Origin: Gnetum montanum | Taxonomy: Eukaryota; Plantae; Gnetophyta | Assembly (NCBI GenBank): GCA_015680685.1 | Contig: MNCI01002704.1 | Coordinates: forward strand, 174,701 to 238,700 | Length of the DNA stretch: 64,000 nucleotides | Reading direction: 5' to 3' | Shown here: piece after piece, positions 50,001 through 62,960 of the stretch | How the letters are laid out: each line of letters opens with the position of its first letter | Position numbering within the stretch: position 1 is the first letter of the stretch | Made by a program: the position numbers and the translations under genes | Notes under the pieces: model-generated | The model's input: the letters and a program-made list of their open reading frames with translations, nothing else | What the model was told of the DNA's origin: nothing | Databases searched by the model: none

Positions 50001-50459
50001 AGGACTACCACTATGTTGGATACCCATTCTACATAATTGACAACTCTAACAAAAGCTACTTGGTAAAGCTTTAAGATTTCATCATGAACTATCAAGGCCT
50101 AGCATATCTTCATATGACTAGGCAAATGCCTTAATGTTGTTTTGTAATATTTTGCTAATGTATTGGGCATATGAAGGCTCTAGTGAGGAACTTAGTTAAA
50201 GGGTTTTCTCCTCTCCACTATGTGTTGTGAAAGGAACCTCAACTAGAGGATATTTAGTTATGGCTCCCACTTCTAAGTCAAGGGCTTTGACTAGGTTTTC
50301 AAGCAATTCTAAAGGATTCTCTATTAATGCTATGTTGTCTACAAGACTCTCAAGATCAAGATCTAGGCAATGAGGGTTGATGCATCATTTAATATCACTA
50401 TGAGGTCCATGTAGACACAAAGGCAAACTGATTTGCTCCCAGGTACTCATACTTTGATC
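47054..50459 (-). pseudogene. pol: Degenerate pol (RT-RH-aRH-INT) of copy G
   Basis: ORFs 49071-49472 (RT connection/RH), 48573-49007 (KGQAI; aRH FPCTNNIVEYEGLIRG) and 47265-47708 (integrase SSPYYPQANGQ..LWAYRTT). Confidence 0.92.
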
Positions 50460-52399
50460 TTGCATATCAACCAAAAGCATATTAAGTAACACTTGGATAA
50501 AAGTGTATAAATACTATTAGAATTCCATAAAACATGTGCAAATCTAATACAATCAAGGCCATCCAAGATCATCAATGAGATAAGGTGAATTTGAAAAAGT
50601 GCAATAAAGAAAAATAATAGATCACATAAAGGCTAAATAAGGAGAAGTATAAGGGTAAAAATGGTAAATAAAGGCCATGATTTTTCCAATTTAAGGCCTT
50701 TTTGGGCCATGATACTATTTTATAGTCTTGGTGACTATGATCCCAATTTAAGGCCTTAGTGGGACATGGTCATATGGTGTAAAATGGTGGTCAGGGAAGG
50801 TCAAACTCCACAATTAGATACCATTTAAAGGCCAAAAAAAGCCAAATAGAGTCATAATAAGACAAGTAATGAACATATAAGGCTATATAAAGGCTATAGA
50901 AGGTCAACCATGTCACCAAGGTAACATAAGTCCAAAATCAAGCCAAAACATTATGTAATAAGGCAAAAAATCAAGCAAATTAAGATATAAATGATAAAAT
51001 TTGATTACTATAGGTTAAAAATTGTTACGTTTTGCTAGTTTTAGGCCTTATCAAGCCATGTTTTGAGGCAACAAGGCTATTAGGTGAGTTTAGGCATTAA
51101 TCAGGGTTGTTTCTATGTTTTTTGGACCCAAAAATCTAGTGTTTTAAGGCTTCCACGCTAAGCTTAACATGGAAAAAAGAGCCCTTAGTATGAAGACTAT
51201 AGAAAATAGGTTTTGGGATGCTTAGAGGTCCAAAATTGAGCTCCCAAAACTTTCCCAAGGTAGTGTAGGGTCAGACCCATCAAAATTGAGCTCCCCAAAG
51301 GTCTATAAACGTCAAAAAGTAGGTTCTAAAGCCTTCCCCCTTTTCTTCCACGTTGGCCAGCATGGAAAAGAGGGGGTTTACCATGGGGAACCAAAATCCA
51401 AGAAACATTAAGGTCCAACATGGTTAAACAAGAGACCAAAGTCTAGATCTTGAACTTGTGCATTTCCTAGCTTAATTCTGAGAAAATTTGAGGTTTTTTT
51501 TAGGGTCAATAGGCATTGAAATGGCTTACCCCCTTTTTTCCATGCTAGGCATAGTATCCTCAACATGGAAAAATAGGAGGACACTTATTTTTTGAATTAA
51601 AAGTGATTTTGGAACACTTTGACTAGGTTTTTAGGCCCCTAGGGTTATAGACTTCAATTCTACAAGTTTCTGGCTAATTTTAAGCACATTTGAAGGTTGT
51701 TTAAGGGTACTTACAATCTTCCATCCTTGCTTCCACACTGATGGAGTTACAACATCATGGAAGATTTGGGAGAATAGGTTTTGAAGGTTGAAATAAGGAC
51801 AAAAAAGTGAAATATTGAGGCTATGAGGTCCTAAGCTTCTACAATGAAGATCTTTGGCTTCTTGGAGTGTCACCTTAGCTCGACAAGTAGAAACATAACT
51901 TTCCCCCTTTTTATCCACACTAGAGAAGTTACTCCAATGTGTAAGAAGCACAAGTTTTAGATCTAGGATAATTTAGATCACAATAGACCATGCATGCTAC
52001 CTCCCAAGGTTACCAAGGTGAAGGGCTATGGATCAATGTTAAAATTTAGAATTTTTGCTCATTCCTAAGTGGCTTTTCATATTTTCCCATTGTTGGCATG
52101 AAAAGTAAGGGGGAATATATTTTTGGCCATCTAGGATTAGTTTTGTAAAGTTTAAGGACTTCAATTGCTACTACCAGGGTTCTAGAGTGCATGAAAGGTC
52201 ATTTGATGTCATTCTAAGGTGTTTGGAATCTCTAAACAAGTTTGCACTTGAGTTTACACACTAGGGAAGCCACCCTTATCATGGAAAAATGGATCCCTAG
52301 CATTGAAGAGTCATGCTTCTTAGATCTAGATTAATTGTAACATCAATCAACTATGCATGTCAACCTCCAGGGCTACCAGGGTCAAGGACTAGGGTTTGG

Positions 52400-53600
52400 T
52401 ATCAAGGTTTGAAAATTTTGAATATTTCTAAATGTTTTATGAACTTTCCCCACTTTTTCACATTGCGAATTTCATGCTCAATGTGAAAAATTATAGAGAA
52501 AGCTTTTTGATCATTTTTTATCACTTTTGATCATGCATGTAGACTTTCAAGGTTGTTGGCAATAATGGTCAACACCTTGAGTTAAAATTTGGATATCTTG
52601 AAGGTTGATGAGTGTTTTTTAAGCTTGACCCCATTTTTCCATGCTAGGACTTCCATGCTCAGTGTGGAAAATTAAGGCGAAAGCTTTCTAGTGCTTTATT
52701 ATCACTTTTAGTCATACATGCGAGTTTCTATGGTTGTCAATGCCAACTATTGCTACTTGATGTTAAAATTTGGTTGTTTTAATGTTGCTAAGGTATTTTT
52801 TGGACTTCATCCCCCCCCCCCCCTTTTTTCCATGCTTGGGATTCGATGATTAGCATAGAAAAATGGGGGAAATTATTTTTGATAATTTTTGGACATGCAT
52901 GTAGGCTTCCTAGGTTGCTGGCATTGACTATTAATATCTAATGTCAAAATTTTGTTATTTCAAGGGTCATAAGAAATTTTTTATGCTTCCCCATATTTTT
53001 CCATGCTTAGGATGGAAAATTTGGGGGAAAGCTTTTTGGCTATTTTTGGTCATTTTCGAACATGCATGTAAGCTTCCTAGTTTGCCAACATCGATTATTA
53101 ACATCTAATGTTAAAATTTGGTTTTTCTAAGAGTCATAAGGTATTTTTTTGGGCTTCCATACTTAGTGTGGAAAAATGGGCAAAGAGCTTTTTGATCATT
53201 TTTTATGACTTTTGAGCATGCATGCGCATTTACAAGGTTACTGGTGTCGCCTATTGCCATCTAACATTGAAATTTGACTGTTTCAATGATAATAAGGAAT
53301 TTTTGGATTTTACCCCCATTTTTCCACACTATGGCTTCCATGTTTAGCATGGAAAATCAAAGAGAAAGCCTTTTTTATCATTTTTGATTGATCTACCTAT
53401 GCATGAATGCTTACAGGGTTACTAGCATTGGTCATCGATGTCTGAGGTTAATATTTGGTTATTTTAGGGGCTGTGAGGGGTTTTCAAGCTTTTGATCTTT
53501 TTTCCATGTTGAGAGCAGAAGGATCAGTGTGAAAGAGATCACCCTCATTGGGAAAAGTAAGATCTATGCCAAATCAATAGTCGATCAACCATGCATGTCA
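52400..53600. repeat. ~180-bp tandem repeat array in the spacer of copy G (reverse complement of the 130-1260 array)
   Basis: CATGCATGTAGGCTTCC..GGTT..GGCA..GATGTTAAAATTTGG..TTTCAAGGGTCA units recur at intervals of roughly 155-185 bp. Confidence 0.85.
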
Positions 53601-56179
53601 ACCTTCAAGGTTGTCAATGTCAATGGTCAATATTGGATGTTAAGGTATGATAGTTTGGTGCCTCATGCAATTTTCTCCCTTTCTTCCGTGCTAGGAATGG
53701 TGGCCCTAGCATGGATGAGAGGGGATGATAGATTTGTACCATTTTTAACCCATTTTGAAGCTTCCATAAGCTCTAAATGATTTCAACATAGTCTAGTGGT
53801 CATTGGGTATCTAAAAATGGTTATTAGGTCATCAATTTAGGTCATTTTTAGCTTCCCCCCATCTATCCATGTTGAGGGTGAAAGGCTTTGCATGGAAGAA
53901 GCCTCCCCTCTTCTGGAAAACATTAAATTCTAGATTTTGACTAGTTTTGACTAAGTTTGATGAGGTTTTGAGGTTGCCAGAGATTCTCAAATCTATTCTA
54001 GATTATATGGGGTCCACTTTGGGGTCAAACTTATGCTAGATCAATGTTGGGAGGCAAGAGTGAGTTTTATCTTGCTTCTACCATGTTTGGCATTGTTGCC
54101 ATAGCTTGGAAATCTAAGATTGAAAAAGGTGATTTTGGGTTACCAAAAGTTGAAAGATATTTGTAAGTCTAATGAATTTTTAAAATGATAAACATGTTAC
54201 TACACTGGGCATGGTATTCCTAGTGTGGATGCATGGGGGTAAGTTTGCCATAATGTTTTAAGTTCTGAGATTAGTAAAAATCTTAGTGTTGATGCAAGTT
54301 TGATCAAAAGGGAAGGCACATGGTGGGTCCCACAATCCAAAAATATAAAACAATCCAAAAATATAAAATTTTAAAAAGTGAAATTATTCCCCCCNNNNNN
54401 NNNNNNNNNNNNNNNNNNNNNNNNNNNNNNNNNNNNNNNNNNNNNNNNNNNNNNNNNNNNNNNNNNNNNNNNNNNNNNNNNNNNNNNNNNNNNNNNNNNN
54501 NNNNNNNNNNNNNNNNNNNNNNNNNNNNNNNNNNNNNNNNNNNNNNNNNNNNNNNNNNNNNNNNNNNNNNNNNNNNNNNNNNNNNNNNNNNNNNNNNNNN
54601 NNNNNNNNNNNNNNNNNNNNNNNNNNNNNNNNNNNNNNNNNNNNNNNNNNNNNNNNNNNNNNNNNNNNNNNNNNNNNNNNNNNNNNNNNNNNNNNNNNNN
54701 NNNNNNNNNNNNNNNNNNNNNNNNNNNNNNNNNNNNNNNNNNNNNNNNNNNNNNNNNNNNNNNNNNNNNNNNNNNNNNNNNNNNNNNNNNNNNNNNNNNN
54801 NNNNNNNNNNNNNNNNNNNNNNNNNNNNNNNNNNNNNNNNNNNNNNNNNNNNNNNNNNNNNNNNNNNNAAAAACAAATGTGAACTAGACTTTCCCCTTTT
54901 CTTCCTTACTACATTGGTAGTCATGGTGCACTAAATTAGTAGTTCTATTTCATATATGTTTTAGATAGGCTTTATAAGCTAATTTTTGCAAATTTTCATC
55001 ATAATTATCATTCTTTAGTAACAACACATTAGAGGAGAGCTCTGATAGAGATTCTTGTGGCATCCACAACCAATCATCAACATGGAAGCATCCTATCTCT
55101 ACTATAGCTAGTGTAGAACTTCTATCTTCTCATAATTTCCAACTTCCTCAACATTGAGCCTACCATGGCGTTAAATCAAAGAGGAGGAAAGAGCAAGAAT
55201 CCCATAATCCAAAGGATGGATGAGCATTCTAGGAAATTTTCAGAGGTTCTGATGTCCCATTTGTCACTACTCCAAGGTAGGTAATTCTACCTATTTTTTC
55301 CTTTGTTTCTTGTGATTTTTTTAGTTTTTTGCTTCCTTGATGTTGAGGCTATTTTTTCAGATCTACTCTAGTAGAGGGATTAAAATGGTATTTTGAAAAA
55401 ATCCCATATCCTATTTTGGTTGCTCCCATGTAGATCTATAGTTGTTTTATCATTTTAGCTTTTGCATATTTGATTTTGAAAATAGGGCTTGTTGTTTTGT
55501 ACTTTTTGCTAAAAATCTTAGGGTATGACCATTTTTTAGATCTAAGCCTTAGGATTTTTTAAAATTAACTTTTAACAAAATCCTATCCCATTATTTTGAT
55601 GTCAATTTAAATCTGTTTTAATGCTTTTGGATATTTCAATCATTCTAATGGTTGTGTGAAATTAAGGCTTTGAGGTTTTCTAAGATTTGCTATAAGAAAG
55701 CAGGCATGAGTGTGTACTTTTTCCTGGTGAAATGAATACACATTTGTAACATTAAAGGATGGATCTATAGCCCTTTTTTTAAGCATTCCATTGGTTGTTA
55801 TCCCATTTAATTTGGATTTAAATCAAGAAAGTTATGGTTGTTTCCCTAACATTATGCAGTTAGGTTGTTTGTGCCACTTTTGTAATTTCACGTAGATTTG
55901 TGAAATTTTGTAGAAGAAGATGGCAAAGGTTTTTGCTATTTTCTAGTTAAGCCTACATAGGATTTGGATTCATCTTTCCAATGGAGGTGGAATCACTCTA
56001 ATTGGACTTCAAATTAATTTTTATGAATTTTTGCTATGGCTATGTGAATCAAGGCAAAATCCATGGTTGTAGTACATTACCCAAAATAGAAGTGGTTGAT
56101 ATGCTTAATTTTAATTTTTTAAAAGGATTAAAATCTTTCTCTATTTTAAATAAGTTCTTACTACGGCTTCATGGCTTTT

Positions 56180-56770
56180 TCTAAGTTTATCATGTTTTTT
56201 CTAAATTTGTGCATAGTTTAGATGTTTTTTTCCAAATTTATGCATGCCTTACATAATTTAGATGCTTTTTTCTAAATTTATGCATAATTTAGACTAAGAT
56301 ATAAATTGGCTATAAAGGCTATAAAATATGGTAATGATGCTTTTATAGAATTTCTTAAGCTAATTTAGATAACCATCTATGAGCTTTTTATAGAAGCTAA
56401 TTTCACCTCTAACTTAGGAAGCTTTCTCAAAATTTATAAAGAAATTCTAATCGGTCATTAATGAAGGATATGTAAGGTTTTAATAATTTTTTATTATGAA
56501 ATTACTTAGACTAATTTAGATAAAAACCTTATAGCTTTTTACATAGGCTAATTTCACCTTCGACTAGATGTTTTGTCTAAATTTGCTAAGTAACTCTAAT
56601 AGGTCATAATGTTTTTTCTTTGAAAGGTTGTACTAGTGCCTTTCTATAGAATTCCTTAATTTTATTAGATAAAAACCTTAGATCTTTTTACAAAGGCTAA
56701 TTTCATGTCCAACTAGATGTTTTATTTAAATTTTCTAAGTAACTCCAATTTGTCATAATGTTTTTGTTTT
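56180..56770. repeat. AT-rich degenerate tandem repeats (~25-36 bp units at 56180-56295; three ~150-bp units at 56340-56770)
   Basis: Recurring TTTAGATG(C/T)TTTTT(C/T)TAAATTT and TAATTTAGATAA..AGCTTTT(T)A(C/T)A..GCTAATTTCA blocks. Confidence 0.7.
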
Positions 56771-56781
56771 GTTTCATGCAA

Positions 56782-59667
56782 GGTCTTCTTAAGGCCTATT
56801 CTCATCATAGTGGAGCTGGTTGACATTTTGTGCTACAATGGTCATCCTAAGACTAATACTCCATTGCATGAAATGCCTCTTAGGAAGCTCTTATTGTGGT
56901 TTTGTCCTAGGACAAGGACTCCCTTACCTACCTCCTTAGGAACTTCAGTGTGATGCGGTGGTCACACTTGTCCAAGAATTGTAAGGATGATAGGATAATG
57001 CACAACTAGTGGGTAGATATCAATAGCATGGATAGTACCCTTGTAGTTGGAACCTCCACACTACAAAAGAAAAGCAAATGTGAACATATAACTTCTATTT
57101 TTTATGGTGTTATGTGTTTTATTACTTTTCATGATTGTTGAAATTACTCATATTACTACTAACCTTTTTTTATTGCTTTGTAAGAGCTTCTGCCTCAACT
57201 AATGTCACTATTTCATGTCATGAGGATACCCTCAACCTGAAGTTTGATGATGTGACATCAACGCAAGAGTGGCTAAAGGAATAGGCACATGCATATGTTC
57301 AAGTAGGTTTGCTCAATGCATTTATGGAACCTATTCTAGGATGCAGGTTTGCTCAATGTATTTATGGAACCTATTCCTTCCATTTCCATTTCAGAGATGT
57401 TGCATGTTATTGACTTCTTTGATGAGGAGGTTGGTCACTTTAGCACCATAATTTTAGGCATTAAGGTGAACATTAACATAGGTGTTGGCCTCTTTCATGA
57501 CTTGTTTCGTATCCCTGTTAATGGGGCAAAGGTTCCCACCAAGACAGTGAAGAAATCAAACCATCGTGAGGAAATTCTCAAGTGGCTTGGTGCTAGCATG
57601 GGCCACTCTAAAATTTTGATGGATAACTTCATGATCCTGATGCAAAGAAATCATATCCTTTATTTAGGTCTCATGCATTCCCCAAAATACTATCACAAAA
57701 GAAGATAATAAAACTAGCATAGGGGTGAACCTTTAAGAAGGTCTTGATGGAAGGCATCAAATTTTATTGGGCTACTACTATGGCTACTAGGCTTTGAGAG
57801 GAGATCTTTAGACACTATGTTGATACCTCTATGATAATTCATATGTACTTTGCATTTTTCATAGGTTATTTAAAGAGGTTTATGGATTTTCTAGTGGTTT
57901 ATAGGAATGGACGATGGATTTCCTAAGATCCAAGCCAACTTTCTAAGCCCTAGATAAAGCACATTTATCCAACAATGCAAGCCTAGAACCCACCAGCTAG
58001 GATGGATAAAACATTATCCATCACCACTAAGAATATTGATGTTAAGTAGTATGAGTCTCCTAATAGTACTGATGATGATGAGCCCCTCTAGTTTCTTGCT
58101 AGTGCTCAAGATGTCAAATGATGACGCATGGAGGCCAAAGGGGCAACTAGAAAAAAAACTTAAGAGGCCTATGGAAGAGGGACCCCTAGCATTAGATCAA
58201 CTTGCCCCAAAGAAACTTGAGTTTAAGCTTAAGCCATCATAGCAGCTAGTTGTAGATATGCTTTATTGAACTTTGGTTATTTCATGTTTAAAAATTTTGT
58301 GGCTACTTTATAGTTTTATGTGTTAAGCAGTCTTCTATGTGCTATGCCTATAGATAAGCATCAAGTTATAGTAGCCCAAGCTACTATGGAGGCAGAACAG
58401 AGGCATGAGAAAGAGGAATTACTAAAGTAACCTATGGATAAAGGACTTGCTAATGCTAGTGTAGATGATCTAGATGCCTTGTTTAGTGAGGAAATACCAA
58501 GTACCTCTTCCATAATTATCCTAGAGGAGGAGGATCTAGGTATGCTTATGCCTCACTATTTTCATTATATTTCATTAGTTGTCTTTGGTTGTCATCCTAA
58601 CATTTTGATGATTATTATGCTTATGGTAGTTCTTGAGCCACCAGTGCAAGCTCTTGCCCTTGAGTTTCATGTGAAACCATGGGTAGAGACTCCAAAGAAA
58701 GTAGAGTTCCTGCATGGGATGACTAAGAACATCATTGATTGATTACATCAGGTCGCACCTAAGATAGGTAAGGATTTTGTATTATGTGCTTCGGTTGTAG
58801 CCTTTGTTTTCATTATGGCTATCTTAGGTTTTGTCTTACGGTTTTATTTTATGCTTTGTGCAATACCATCTATGGAGTGGGATCCTAGCAGAGACATGGA
58901 GGTAGACTCCTTACCTTAACTTCCCTCTAACATTTCTAGTGTACCTATCAAGCTATATAACAATGCCACCAATTTAGCGATGTCATGTGCAAAAGCTTCA
59001 TGGGAGCTAAAGAGGATCAATGAATCCTTATGAAAGGAAGTTATGGCCTTGAGGAAAAAGTTTCAAAGGTAGGAGGATATAATTAGGAACCTCCATGATG
59101 GTAAAGCCTTTATGGAAGCCCTGGTGGCTAACTCAAGGGAGATACGGACCAAGGAGGTCACTTGAGCTTACTACTAGCATGTCATTTAGAACAAAGTAGT
59201 GATCCTACAAGATATTGTAGAGCAATGTATACAAATGGACGTCATCTACCAAAAGGTTAAGGACTAGAAGGATCACTGTGCTTGGGTCCTGGAGTGGGGC
59301 AAGACACAAAAGGCCCATAAGTCTCAGTATAAGGATAATCATGGGGCTTACCTAAAATGTCTTAAGGAAGAGTTGGTTGAATGGAACAAGAGAGATTTAT
59401 TCATTCAAGGAATCCAATTAGAGAGTTCTTATCAAGGTTTTGAAAGTACACTTAAGGCGAAGCAATCCCCTAGTCTTCAAATCACTACTATTGCAGGTGA
59501 GACTACTACAGCTGTTGTTACTCATGAGACTCCTACTTGGACTCCTATAGATAGATCTATCATTCTTTATGGACCTAATCTTTGGGATGTTGACTAGGTC
59601 AACATGATGGAGGACTAGATCCTCCATCATTTGGGGAAGGCCTTCCCTATCTTACCCCGAAAGTAAT
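56782..59667 (+). pseudogene. Multi-exon protein gene antisense to gag/pol in the spacer of copy G (retrotransposon accessory protein; N-terminal plant-transposon-protein-like region, C-terminal coiled coil)
   Basis: Introns 58256-58353, 58540-58629, 58768-58863 and ~57080-57184 are U-rich with GT/AG (or decayed) ends. The 98-bp intron joins two different frames exactly. The last exon (58864-59667) is one frame of ~265 codons, broken only by stops compatible with C>T decay. Confidence 0.65.
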
Positions 59668-60149
59668 GGAACTGGAATCTCCACAAGTTTGATATATTTT
59701 GTGTTCTAGTCTTTGTTTTAAGTCATGATTTTGGCTATGGGTTACTAATTGGCTATGTTGTGACATTTCAAGCCTCAAGACACATTGGTGGCCCTAGTGG
59801 TGAGGGTGGTAATGACCCACCACTTCATCCTCTAGATACTACTCAGTAGCCTCCTTTAGTTTAGCTTGTTGGCTATTTGTTATTATTTTTATGTTGATGA
59901 ATATGGTTTTCTAAAACTATGTGATGGATGGTTATTATTTGGCATCATTTCTACTCATTGTGATTATGGCTATATATGTTATGAACATTTAATTTTAAAT
60001 TTAAATATTTGGTTTTATTTCTTAGGTATATGCATATATAATGATAAATGTTGTAAATCACTATATTGATGTTTTGGTTATAAAATCGAATAGCTAATCG
60101 ACGTGATAATAGGCTAAGTAGAGAGGGATATAATAATAAAAGGAATGTT

Positions 60150-60720
60150 TGCTAGTTTTAGGCCATCACAAGCATAGGTTATATTGTCTGATTGTGGCTA
60201 CATTGCCAATTTAAGGCCATGGTCGATTGTAATGCTTGTTTAACATCTTAGCAAACCATAGTGGCAATTTAACATCTTAGCAAACAAGAATGCTAGTTTA
60301 AGGTCATAGCAGACTATAATGCCATGTTTAGGCCTTAGTAGGTCATAGTGTCAGTTTTAGGCCTTAGTGGGCTAGAATGATAGTTTAAAGTCATAGCAAA
60401 CCATAGTGCCAATTTAATGTCTTAGAAAACAATAATGCTAGTTTAAGGTCATAGCAAGCTGTAGTGCCAATTTTAGGCCTTAGCGAGCAATAGTGCAAGT
60501 TTAACATCTTAGCAAATGAGAATGCCAATTTAAGGTCATAGAAAACTGTATTTCCAGTTTAATGTCTTAGTAGATGAGAATGCTAGTTTAAGGTCATAGT
60601 GGACTATAGTGCCAGTTTTAGGCCTTAGTAGGCCATAGTGCTAGTTTAACATCTTAGTGAACGAGAATGCCAATTTAAGGTCATAGTGGACTATAGTGCC
60701 AGTTTTAGGCCTTAGAGGGT
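60150..60720 (-). repeat. ~29-30 bp family minisatellite, about 19 units, with three alternating variants
   Basis: Units GCTAGTTTAAGGTCATAGCAGACTATA, GCCAGTTTTAGGCCTTAGTAGGCCATAGT and GCTAGTTTAACATCTTAGCAAA..AGAAT. Confidence 0.9.
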
Positions 60721-61149
60721 CATGTTTAAAAGAGATGCTTTTTTAATGTTTAAAAATAAAGAAAGGTTGTAGTAAATAAGTAATAATGCAAATAAATTTA
60801 GGCTACATGCATAGGCTTTTTGCAAAAATAACAAAGCTATAATAAATTGCAAAACAAAAAATAAGGCTATTTAGCTATCATTGTATCCAGTCATAGAGGC
60901 ATGGGGAGGTTAAGGTAAGCTTCACTTATGTAGACTCTTCCTAATCTTTGCAAGATTAGGAAGTGAGTAAGGCCTACTTTGTACAAGCTTGTATTTGTCA
61001 TCCCCGTCACTTACAATGTTAAAAAGGCATTCATCCCATAATGTATCACATTACTTATCATTGTCATCATTGGTTATCTTGGGTTTTTGCTCTTCATGGC
61101 TAGGAGCTTCTTCTTGAAGCTCCACTTTATACCCCTATTCTAAGTTTAC

Positions 61150-62960
61150 ATTTTTGACAACCAGGGAAGCTGCATTGTCACCATAAATGATGATTTTACC
61201 TCCCTCATAAGGAAGGTGAATTTCTTGGTGGATGGGTGTGGAGATAGCTCATAATTGACACAACTAAGGTTTTCCTAGGATCAATTGAGTCTAGGTGTAT
61301 TTTCCATAACTAAAAAGTTTGCAATTGTAGGAAATTGTTCTCAAGCTACAAAATCCAACTCTTAATCCATTGAAGGACTTAAGATCTATGGTGTTCATAG
61401 GTCGTACTTGATTAGTTAGGTCCAAACATTCAATGACGGTGTATGGAATGATGTTGGTTGTAACTCCATCATGAACATGCACCTGATGTATTTTAAATTA
61501 TCCTTATGAATAAAGGGACTGTAGTTACCTCACCATTCTGGGGATTAACCTTAATTTTGCTATCATGAAATGTTAAGGGTGATGACTTCTCCTTCCCTAG
61601 TGAGGAAGGAATCATCACTACACAGATGGCTTCCTCATTACCAAGAATATCCTGACTAATAGGTACAAAGGTCAACACTTTGTCTAGCATCTCACGATGT
61701 GTGGTGGAAGTCATGATCAAGTCATATAATATTAAGGTTATGTATTTTGATTAAGTGATTACATGACTTGGTCCATTGCACTAATGAAATTCTTGTTATT
61801 AACCATGGAATTTTTACATTAGTTGTGCTTTACTTTCTCCATGCATTCCAAAATGCAAACTTTGGCTTTAGGCTATGGCTGTTGTGGCTCTTTTTAGTTG
61901 TTATCATTATCAACTTTAGTGTCCTCCTATGACTTTCTGGTTAAAGGAGATGGAACAGAGGAGGGCATAACTATAGCCAAAATGAGAGTGAGTTTTGGTG
62001 GACCCACTTCCATTCATGCCTCCATCTGCTTGTCTCCCTTGTTGTTGAGCTTTTGCTTATTCTTTTTCCTTTGGTTGGCTTGGATCATTTGGAAGGCTTG
62101 ATCCAAGCCTTGTAGTGGCCCCATAGTTTGTGAGGTTTGTACATAAGGTTGTGGTGTATGTTATGAGGCTTGTGGCCTCATTATGGATTACATGATAGAA
62201 GGAAAAGGTTATACTATGGTTGTGGCCTATGGGCCAAATAAAGAAAAAGATGTTATGTTGATACTTGAGGCATAAATGGGAAAAACATGGTGTGTAGCTC
62301 TTTTGTTGTTGGGGATCTCATGGTGGACCCCATGTGAGTAGTTAATGAATTTTTGATGGTAAAATCCACTATGGGTGGCTTGGTATAGTGAGACTATGTT
62401 GCAAATGGCATTAATGCATTATAGTTTTTTGTTTATGACATTGACTAAGTGTGATGTGTAGCTATAACTAATGTAGGATCTACCATAGTAGGGTGTAGAG
62501 GAGTGGAAAATGGTCGCACCATGCCCATGGAGAAAACAAAGACATTACAAGAAGGTTCTATGACCTTGGGGGATAATTGTTGGAATAGTTCTTCAAGGAT
62601 GTTTTTAGGCTCAAATTCTATCCTAAATTCATCCTCCTCTTTCTGTTGTTCCCTAATGATAGGTTGGCCATCTTTCTCTTCTATGGAAATCAATTAGGCT
62701 AGGATGCTAGAATAGATGTTGTTAAGGGGAATTTCTTCATACAGGGAAGGGATGTACTCTATTTCATCCCTATGTATGGACTTAAACTCCCTCTTAGCCT
62801 CAGCTTCAATTTGCAGAATTAACATGCCTACCTGTATTTTGGCACAAATGAAGCTATAGAAATCTTCATTAATGGCTACAAAATTAGGACTCTCCCCTTT
62901 GACTCTTAAATATTTCCTACACTCAATGACTATAGGGTCTTTGGGATCATACACCCTCAT
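61150..62960 (-). pseudogene. gag N-terminal region (capsid core deleted) and protease of copy G
   Basis: MRVYDPKDPIVIE..PNFVAINEDFY is homologous to the D gag N-terminus; protease VPLFIRII..VHVHDGVTTNIIP and LNxILGKP; about 1.4 kb of D gag is missing between ~61780 and 62080. Confidence 0.75.
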
